Source of the DNA: an uncultured Oscillospiraceae bacterium
GTDB lineage: Bacteria; Bacillota; Clostridia; UMGS1883; UMGS1540
Reading direction: 5' to 3'
NCBI GenBank assembly: GCA_964623915.1
Contig: CAZUVQ010000004.1
Location: forward strand, 1 to 34,294
DNA length: 34,294 bases
Position numbers and translations under genes: made by a program
The notes under the pieces: generated by a model
Told to the model about the DNA's origin: nothing
What the model saw: the letters and a program-made list of their open reading frames with translations, nothing else
The model's database searches: none
In this document: positions 26,293 to 34,294 of the stretch, in pieces
How the letters are laid out: each line of letters starts with the position of its first letter
How positions within the stretch are numbered: position 1 is the first letter of the stretch

Positions 26293-27468
26293 TTACTCAT
26301 GCCTTAATGCATCTATCGGGCTTAATTTAGCCGCTTTTCTTGCGGGGAAGTATCCAAATGCCACACCTATTGCGGCGGATACTGATACGGCAACGAAAAT
26401 TGATGAAAATGAAATTCCGGGCTTCATGTCAATAAGTGATGCCAATCCATAAGCGGAGGCGATACCTATCCCGACACCTACGATTCCACCCATTGCGCTT
26501 GTTGTAATTGCCTCCACAACAAACTGGCTTAGAATATCAAAAGGTGTTGCCCCGATTGCTTTTCTTATTCCTATTTCCCTTGTTCTTTCTGTTACGGATA
26601 CAAGCATAATATTCATAATTCCAATGCCGCCCACAAGGAGCGAAATTGCCGCAATTCCAGCAAGAACGGCTGACATTTTACCCATTATACTATTAATCTG
26701 GTCTGCCGCCTCCGCCAGTGTTGTTATCATATATAAATCTTCGTTTTGAAATACCGAATATAAAAATTCACTAATTAGCGCTTTACCTTCATCAAGCTGA
26801 TTGCTGTCCTTTACAGAAAATGTGTAATTATTTGTTCTTGTAAAAGAAATTTTTTCAGCAACCGTATAAGGAATATAAATTTTATCGTCCGCAGTTGATT
26901 CCTCACCATCGGCAGTTTCCTTAATAACGCCGATAACATTGAATTTATTACCGTTTATCTTAATAGTTTGCCCAACCGGATTTCCTTGAAACAGAGATTT
27001 GGCAACATATGTACCAATAACACAGTTGTTGATTTTATCCTCTACGTCTAAATAAGTGATAAAATGACCGTTTGTTATTTCTATTTTATTTATGTCATCA
27101 AAAATTTCGCTTATACCTGTTATACTGGTTGTTGTTATGTTTTCACTGTCTTTTTTTACAATTGCACCCATAACATTAACGGTAGGGGACATGCCTATAA
27201 AAATATCGCTGTGCTCATTTGTGAAATCTTGAACATCATTGTTGTCAACTGTTCTATTGCTTCCTCTTCCTATAATAAATACCATAACATTGTTTGTTCC
27301 AAGGCTTTCAAATGAAGATACCATAAGATTTGTAACACCATTCACAAGGCTTACAAGTGTTATGACAGCGGCAACACCGATTATTATTCCAAGCATGGTA
27401 AGGAAGGAACGCATTTTGCTGTTCATAAGGCTTTTAAAAGCAAGCATAAAAGATTGTGAAATATCCAT
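26293..27468 (-). CDS. MacB/FtsX-family ABC transporter permease
   Basis: TM1, a large extracytoplasmic domain, then three C-terminal TM helices with the FtsX-type motif (TERTREIGIRKAIGA). Confidence 0.85.
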   Translation of the reverse strand: MDISQSFMLAFKSLMNSKMRSFLTMLGIIIGVAAVITLVSLVNGVTNLMVSSFESLGTNNVMVFIIGRGSNRTVDNNDVQDFTNEHSDIFIGMSPTVNVMGAIVKKDSENITTTSITGISEIFDDINKIEITNGHFITYLDVEDKINNCVIGTYVAKSLFQGNPVGQTIKINGNKFNVIGVIKETADGEESTADDKIYIPYTVAEKISFTRTNNYTFSVKDSNQLDEGKALISEFLYSVFQNEDLYMITTLAEAADQINSIMGKMSAVLAGIAAISLLVGGIGIMNIMLVSVTERTREIGIRKAIGATPFDILSQFVVEAITTSAMGGIVGVGIGIASAYGLASLIDMKPGISFSSIFVAVSVSAAIGVAFGYFPARKAAKLSPIDALRHE

Positions 27469-27476
27469 AATTCCCT

Positions 27477-28157
27477 TTACCTCGTATAATCTTCAATAAT
27501 TTTTCCATCATGAATTCTTATGGTTCTCGGTGCCTCTTCTGCAATGGAATTATCGTGTGTTATAAGAACAATAGTTTTACCTTCACTATGCAATTTCTGA
27601 ATGAAATCAAGAACCTCTCTGCCTGTTTTGGAATCAAGCGCACCGGTAGGTTCATCCGCTAAAATAACCTCAGGAGAGCCTGCAAGAGCTCGTGCAATAG
27701 ATACACGCTGCTGCTGACCGCCGGAAAGCTGTGTGGGCATTTTTTTTATTTTGTCAGCAAGGCCAACCTGGCTTAGAGCATTAGCTGCAAGTTCTCTTCT
27801 TTTATGCGCCGAATGACCTTTGTACAAAAGGGGTAATTCAACATTTTCAAGAACTGTAAGCTTAGGTATGAGGTTATACTGCTGAAAAATAAATCCAAGC
27901 TCTCTGTTTCTTACATGGGCAAGCTGTTTCTCATTCATTGTGCTTACATCTATGCCGTTTAAAAGATAGTTACCTTTTGTGGGCGTATCAAGACATCCTA
28001 TAATGTTCATACAAGTACTTTTTCCGGAACCGGATGCGCCTACTATTGTGACAAACTCGCCTTTATTGATAAGAAAAGAAGCACCGTCAATTGCCCTGAC
28101 CTCGTTTTCTCCTTCGTCCTCGCTATATATTTTATAAATCTCTTTGAATTCTATCAT
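27477..28157 (-). CDS. MacB-type ABC transporter ATP-binding protein
   Basis: Walker A GASGSGKST, signature LSGGQQQR, Walker B ILADEPTGALD, H-loop ITHD. The start overlaps the adaptor stop (TAATG). Confidence 0.9.
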   Translation of the reverse strand: MIEFKEIYKIYSEDEGENEVRAIDGASFLINKGEFVTIVGASGSGKSTCMNIIGCLDTPTKGNYLLNGIDVSTMNEKQLAHVRNRELGFIFQQYNLIPKLTVLENVELPLLYKGHSAHKRRELAANALSQVGLADKIKKMPTQLSGGQQQRVSIARALAGSPEVILADEPTGALDSKTGREVLDFIQKLHSEGKTIVLITHDNSIAEEAPRTIRIHDGKIIEDYTR

Positions 28158-29755
28158 TATCTACCTCCGGGGGCGCCGCTTTTCCCACTACTGCCCGGAT
28201 GTTCCACACCGCCGCCGCCCATGCCACCGCCGGTCATCATACTATTAAAGCCGTTACCACTCGATTTTATCACTTTGATCTCAACCTTATCTCCTTCTTT
28301 AAGGCCGCTGATAACTTCAATATTTTTGCCGTCGTTAAGACCGGTTTCTACTGTTATTTCTTCATCCTTGCCGGCAAGTTTTACTTTGTTTCCTCTGCTG
28401 ACAGCATTTGCGGGTATAATAATACAGTTTTTACTTTCGCCGATAATTATTCGCGCATCAACATTAAAACCGGGTATTAAATCCGTGTTATCTACGTTCT
28501 CAATAAGAACTTCAACAGGATATGTTGTAACTCCGTTTTCAGAGGTACCTATTATACTTACATTATTTACAAAACCGGTAAATATATGTTTTCCCAGTGC
28601 ATCAGCAGTTACTGACGCCTCCTGTCCAACCTTAATATTTCTGATATCTGCCTCATCAACGCTTATTGTGAATTTATAGGCAGAAAGGTCAGCAATTATT
28701 GCAAGTGATGTTGAGCCGCTTTGTGCAGAAATTTTATCGCCCTTTTTTAGGGTTTTCTTAATCACTTTGCCTGATATTGTTGCCCTCAGCGAATAATCCT
28801 CAAGGGAATCTTTAAGATCATCAAGCGAAAGCTTTGCATCATTATAGGAAAGCTGCTGTCTTGTATACTGGTCAGTAACAGCTTTATTGTATATACTGGC
28901 AACTGTTTGCCCTTTTTTCAGCGTATCTCCTACATTAATGTTAAAGTTATTTACTGTTCCTGACTGTTTTGAAATTATTGAGCCGGACTTAAAGCTTGAA
29001 AAAGTGCCCGGTTCTGCGCAGGCATATCCGCCGATATAAGCGGTTGCTTTTGTTGTTTCGGTTATCCCGCCGGCATTAGAAACTGAAATTTTTACCTGTG
29101 ATACAGGTGAGCCAAAATCATTTGTCAATGAACCGGTGGATACAGATGAAACTGTTCCGGTTATAACATCACTTGTGCCTATAATTTCTATTTCAGCAGA
29201 ATTTCCGGGGTAAATATTACTTGCCTGTGATGCTAAAAAGTTAATTGTAAGCGTCATATTACTGTTGTCTATGTAATCACATACTTTGCTTATGCCTGCT
29301 ATTTCATCTCCGTTTTCTATGTAAACTGCCGTAACAACACAGTCAGCAGGGGAGGTGATTTGTAGGTCAGAAACATTTTCATATGCCGATGAAAGTGCAA
29401 TTTCTGATGCTTTTAATGAATTCTCCGCTTTATCGATATTTTTTATAATTGAAGATTTTTCAATCTCATATAAAAGCTGACCTTCTTGCACATAATCTCC
29501 CTCTTCAAAATGGTCTGCCACAATTTCGCCGCCGATTATTGAGGTGATTTCATATTGGTCAATAGCCTCAAGTGTTCCGCTTGCCTCAAGTGTGCTTACA
29601 ATGTCGCCGCGCGTTACATCAACGGTGGCTATCGCATCATCAACGTTTGCTTTCTTTGACCTTTTGATATTTATAAATAAAATAACTGAAAGAATAACGA
29701 CAATAATGCTAATAATAACAATAATTTTTTTTCTTGATTTACCTAATCTCGTCAT
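28157..29755 (-). CDS. Membrane-fusion (HlyD/MacA-type) periplasmic adaptor, apparently tandemly duplicated, with Gly-rich C-terminal tail
   Basis: ATG 29755 follows GGGAGG; the track start at 29782 has no RBS. N-terminal TM anchor, then two successive lipoyl-half / short hairpin / lipoyl-half / beta-barrel units and one membrane-proximal domain. Tail is GGGMGGGGVEHPGSSGKSGAPGGR. Confidence 0.8.
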   Translation of the reverse strand: MTRLGKSRKKIIVIISIIVVILSVILFINIKRSKKANVDDAIATVDVTRGDIVSTLEASGTLEAIDQYEITSIIGGEIVADHFEEGDYVQEGQLLYEIEKSSIIKNIDKAENSLKASEIALSSAYENVSDLQITSPADCVVTAVYIENGDEIAGISKVCDYIDNSNMTLTINFLASQASNIYPGNSAEIEIIGTSDVITGTVSSVSTGSLTNDFGSPVSQVKISVSNAGGITETTKATAYIGGYACAEPGTFSSFKSGSIISKQSGTVNNFNINVGDTLKKGQTVASIYNKAVTDQYTRQQLSYNDAKLSLDDLKDSLEDYSLRATISGKVIKKTLKKGDKISAQSGSTSLAIIADLSAYKFTISVDEADIRNIKVGQEASVTADALGKHIFTGFVNNVSIIGTSENGVTTYPVEVLIENVDNTDLIPGFNVDARIIIGESKNCIIIPANAVSRGNKVKLAGKDEEITVETGLNDGKNIEVISGLKEGDKVEIKVIKSSGNGFNSMMTGGGMGGGGVEHPGSSGKSGAPGGR

Positions 29756-29789
29756 AGCTTTAACCTCCCGAAATAATAGCAATAATATA

Positions 29790-29818
29790 ATAATACAACA
29801 AATTTACGACTTTTGCAA
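29790..29818 (-). promoter_or_regulatory. Candidate sigma-A promoter of the adaptor/ABC/SLH operon
   Basis: On the minus strand: TTGCAA (29818-29813), 17-nt spacer, TATTAT (29795-29790). Confidence 0.4.
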
Positions 29819-29972
29819 TATTCTTATAAGTAATTTAATAATAGTTTAAAATATAAATACAAATTATTTACAATTATTTTCATGATTTGTAAAAAAAAAA
29901 GCAATTCAAAGATATTTAAAGAAAACTAATGATATCAAGAGCATTATACTGATTATCCCTAAAAAACGAAGC

Positions 29973-30000
29973 TTGAAATTTTATCATATTGTGGTATTAT
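29973..30000 (+). promoter_or_regulatory. groESL sigma-A promoter with extended -10
   Basis: TTGAAA (29973-29978), 16-nt spacer, TGgTATTAT (29992-30000), immediately upstream of CIRCE. Confidence 0.65.
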
Positions 30001-30009
30001 ATGCATATA

Positions 30010-30036
30010 TTAGCACTCAACGCATACGAGTGCTAA
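30010..30036 (+). promoter_or_regulatory. CIRCE operator (HrcA binding site)
   Basis: TTAGCACTC-N9-GAGTGCTAA is a perfect match to the CIRCE inverted repeat. It sits between the promoter and the groES RBS. Confidence 0.95.
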
Positions 30037-30049
30037 CAAAAAAATATAG

Positions 30050-30346
<297 letters not shown>

Positions 30347-30354
30347 AATAATAG

Positions 30355-31995
<1,641 letters not shown>

Positions 31996-31996
31996 T

Positions 31997-32017
31997 TTAG
32001 ATATTAGATATTAGATA
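31997..32017 (+). repeat. Perfect 3x tandem heptamer TTAGATA
   Basis: TTAGATA TTAGATA TTAGATA begins 2 nt after the groEL stop and ends just before the terminator. Confidence 0.9.
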
Positions 32018-32021
32018 GCAG

Positions 32022-32058
32022 AAGGGCGGCAGCAAAATTTTATTTTGCTGCCGCCCTT
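32022..32058. terminator. Bidirectional terminator between groEL and the convergent recR
   Basis: AAGGGCGGCAGCAAAA-tttta-TTTTGCTGCCGCCCTT, a 16-bp perfect stem. Confidence 0.9.
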
Positions 32059-32068
32059 TAGAATTATT

Positions 32069-32668
32069 TTAAATTTCACGTCTACCTTCAAGTGCTCTTG
32101 CCAGAGTAAGCTCATCTGTATATTCAAGGTCACAGCCAACGTGAATACCGTGTGCAATTCTTGTGACTTTAATATCAAAGGGCTTTATAAGCTTTGCAAG
32201 GTACATGGAAGTTGCTTCGCCCTCTACGGATGGGTTTGTTGCCATAATTATCTCTGAAATTTCATTTTCTGTAATTCTTTTTAAAAGTTCTTTTATTTTA
32301 AGGTCATCAGGTGAAATTCCGTCCATAGGGGAGATGGCACCGTGAAGTACATGGTACAAGCCTTTAAATTCGTTTGTTTTTTCCATTGCAATTACATCAC
32401 GAGGCGTTTCTACTATGCAGATTGTGCTGTGATCTCGTTTTTGAGACGTGCAGATTTTACAAGGATCATCATCTGTAAAGCTCTGGCAAATGCTGCAGTA
32501 ATGAATTTTGTTTTTTGCATCAGTTATAGCGTCCGTCAGCTTTTTTGCATCACTTGCTGTTATCCCAAGAATATAAAATGCAAGCCTGTGCGCGCTTTTT
32601 CTGCCTATGCCGGGCATTTTGGCAAATTCATCAACAAGCCTCTCAAGAGGAGGAACAAATTCTCTCAT
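32069..32668 (-). CDS. recR: Recombination protein RecR
   Basis: N-terminal helix-hairpin-helix (KMPGIGRKSAHRLAF), Cys4 zinc finger (CSICQ...CKIC) and a Toprim domain. Confidence 0.95.
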   Translation of the reverse strand: MREFVPPLERLVDEFAKMPGIGRKSAHRLAFYILGITASDAKKLTDAITDAKNKIHYCSICQSFTDDDPCKICTSQKRDHSTICIVETPRDVIAMEKTNEFKGLYHVLHGAISPMDGISPDDLKIKELLKRITENEISEIIMATNPSVEGEATSMYLAKLIKPFDIKVTRIAHGIHVGCDLEYTDELTLARALEGRREI

Positions 32669-32688
32669 ATATAGTCCATTGCCTTTCG

Positions 32689-33030
32689 TTAAAACAGGCC
32701 GGGAATATTCATTCCGCCTGTAATTTTACTCATTTGTTGTGAGGAAATTTCCTCGGCTTTTCTCATACCTTCATTTACAGCCGCAACAACTAAATCTTCA
32801 AGCATTTCCACATCGTCCGCATCGATAACATCGGGGCTTATTTTAATAGATAGCAATTCTTTTTTGCCTGAAACCTTTACGGTAACAGCACCACCGCCAG
32901 AAGATGCTTCTATTTCCTTTTCTTCAATTTCCTGCTGTGCACGAAGCATGTCCTGCTGCATTTTTTGTGCTTGTTTAAGCATATTGTTCATATTTCCGGG
33001 CATTCCGCCACCAAATTTACCTTTCGCCAT
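32689..33030 (-). CDS. ybaB: Nucleoid-associated protein YbaB/EbfC
   Basis: Gly/Met-rich N-terminus, then [12 protein letters not shown] and [12 protein letters not shown], typical of YbaB. Conserved dnaX-ybaB-recR order. Confidence 0.9.
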   Translation of the reverse strand: MAKGKFGGGMPGNMNNMLKQAQKMQQDMLRAQQEIEEKEIEASSGGGAVTVKVSGKKELLSIKISPDVIDADDVEMLEDLVVAAVNEGMRKAEEISSQQMSKITGGMNIPGLF

Positions 33031-34294
33031 TGTCGTTCTCCTTTATAATATTATTATATAACTTTATTAGTGCATCATCTTTGATTATTTTACCTTCTTC
33101 ACGCAGCCTTAAAATAAATTCAGGGGTAAGTGACGTCTGATTTCTGACAATTTCGCAAAAAGCGTCAATATCACCCTCAAGAAGGTTTTTTGAAACAAAA
33201 AATTCATCTTTATTGTGATAGACAATGGCAATCTTTCCATTGTCTTCCTCAATCTCCGCCATTCCAAGCGCAGCGGACATCTGAAATTTGTTTTTTGCGA
33301 AAACCTCTCCTAATATATCCGACCATGAATTTTTAAGTTTTTGCAAAAGCTCACTGTCTGCAACCATTTTTACAGGAGGGGGCAGAGGGGCTTCGTCTCT
33401 TTTACTGTCATCTTCTTTTTTCTTTTTTGTGTTTACAGTTATATTACCGGAAGAAATTTTATTTTCAAGTTCAGCAATTCTTGCTGCTATTGATTCCGGT
33501 GTACTGCTATATTGCGGATTTATCATTTTGACAAGTGAAACCTCTAAAATAAGCCTTGGGTTTACAGTTGTTCTGAATAAAGATTGTGCTTCCGATGCCT
33601 GTTTTATCAGAAAAACAATGTATTCAGACGTTATGCCTTTTGCAAGTTCTTTTAACCCCTCAGCTTCTTCTTCGGATACATTTAATGTTATTGAAGCGTT
33701 TTCGGTATATTTACAAAGCATTATATTTCGTAAAAGAGCAATAAACTCATCAGTAACAGCAGGAATACTCTGTCCGCTGTCAACAAGAGAGGCAACGGCA
33801 TCAAAAGCTCCTTTTATATCCTTTGATTTAATTGAATTAAAAATTTTATATGTTACTTCTTTATTGTCGGCTCCTAAAAAAGAGGAAACTATCTTATAAT
33901 CAAGTGAGTTTGTACCAATAGAAAGGCACTGGTCAAGCAGTGATAAAGCATCTCTCATAGCACCGTCGGCTTTCTCTGCAATAAGCCTTATTGCGCTGTC
34001 TTCTATTGCAACGTCACTGTCTGATAATATTTTTTTTATCTGTTTTTCAATATCATTTACAGTAATCCGCTTAAAATCAAATCTCTGACAACGGGAAAGG
34101 ATTGTAGCAGGAACTTTGTGTGCCTCCGTTGTAGCTAAAATAAAATGGACATGGGAGGGAGGTTCTTCTAAAACTTTCAGCAAAGCATTGAATGCGGATG
34201 TTGAAAGCATATGTACTTCATCTATAATATAAACCTTGTATTTTAATGCAGTTCCCGAAAACCTTGTTTCATCACGTAGCGTACGTATATTATC
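33017..34294 (-). CDS. dnaX: DNA polymerase III subunit gamma/tau, truncated at the 5' end by the window edge
   Basis: The frame stays open to position 34294. Reverse translation at the edge reads [31 protein letters not shown] (Walker B / DEVH box), then [14 protein letters not shown] and SRCQRF (sensor motifs). The track ATG at 34210 is internal. Confidence 0.9.
   Translation of the reverse strand, partial: DNIRTLRDETRFSGTALKYKVYIIDEVHMLSTSAFNALLKVLEEPPSHVHFILATTEAHKVPATILSRCQRFDFKRITVNDIEKQIKKILSDSDVAIEDSAIRLIAEKADGAMRDALSLLDQCLSIGTNSLDYKIVSSFLGADNKEVTYKIFNSIKSKDIKGAFDAVASLVDSGQSIPAVTDEFIALLRNIMLCKYTENASITLNVSEEEAEGLKELAKGITSEYIVFLIKQASEAQSLFRTTVNPRLILEVSLVKMINPQYSSTPESIAARIAELENKISSGNITVNTKKKKEDDSKRDEAPLPPPVKMVADSELLQKLKNSWSDILGEVFAKNKFQMSAALGMAEIEEDNGKIAIVYHNKDEFFVSKNLLEGDIDAFCEIVRNQTSLTPEFILRLREEGKIIKDDALIKLYNNIIKENDNGER

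Noticed and set aside
28199-28679. Plus-strand ORFs of 93 and 152 aa opposite the adaptor gene
   Set aside because: They are antisense shadows of the MFP gene. The sequences are Ser/Pro/Thr/Ile-rich low-complexity translations.
2446-29782. Longest-ORF start codons in the track (2446, 3700, 4521, 5900, 8027, 8709, 21621, 21764, 23769, 29782)
   Set aside because: In each case an internal start has a correctly spaced Shine-Dalgarno sequence and gives a canonical N-terminus. The upstream start lacks an RBS or lies inside the preceding gene, promoter or terminator.
31997-32017. TTAGATA x3 tandem repeat, considered as a CRISPR-like or regulatory array
   Set aside because: It is only 21 nt with no spacers and no cas genes. 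It is most simply a micro-tandem repeat in the groEL 3' UTR upstream of the terminator. It is recorded as a repeat feature only.
33288-33899. 203-aa plus-strand ORF opposite dnaX
   Set aside because: The opposite strand carries unmistakable dnaX motifs, and this frame has no RBS and is low-complexity.

Overview
AT-rich chromosomal segment from a spore-forming, S-layer-bearing Firmicute. It looks Clostridia-like, inferred from a GerA-family receptor operon, YpeB, an alpha/beta SASP, SLH proteins and CIRCE-groESL. Layout: (1) 1-4.46 kb is the right-hand late/lysis end of a tailed prophage: five structural or host-recognition ORFs of unknown family, a 59-aa membrane/coiled-coil ORF missing from the ORF track, a holin and a CHAP endolysin. 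(2) tcdA, with a consensus sigma-A promoter. (3) 5.3-11.0 kb is an oxidative-stress/metal island: perR with an exact Per box on its own promoter, desulfoferrodoxin, a 52-aa rubredoxin missing from the ORF track, ferritin, zupT, a three-domain rubrerythrin and a Cu(I) P-type ATPase. (4) 11.1-15.2 kb is a germinant receptor operon in the order A-C-small membrane ORF-B. (5) 15.3-19.7 kb holds a LysR regulator, adhE preceded by two Rex-type operators, and a translationally coupled APH-fold kinase. (6) 19.8-24.0 kb holds an SLH protein, a HAD hydrolase, ypeB and a SASP. (7) 24.0-29.8 kb is a minus-strand four-gene operon: a tandem-duplicated membrane-fusion adaptor, a MacB-type ATPase, an FtsX permease and a 752-aa SLH protein. 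(8) groES-groEL. (9) recR-ybaB-dnaX, with dnaX truncated at the 5' end by the window edge. I see no CRISPR array, tRNA, rRNA, transposase, integrase or recognisable defence or toxin-antitoxin system. I cannot point to a clearly novel system. The best candidates for something undescribed are the adaptor/ABC/SLH operon, the adhE-coupled kinase, and an E. coli-like A_AAA_AAG slippery site in dnaX that would give a gamma-like truncated product. Most of the window is ordinary housekeeping or sporulation DNA.
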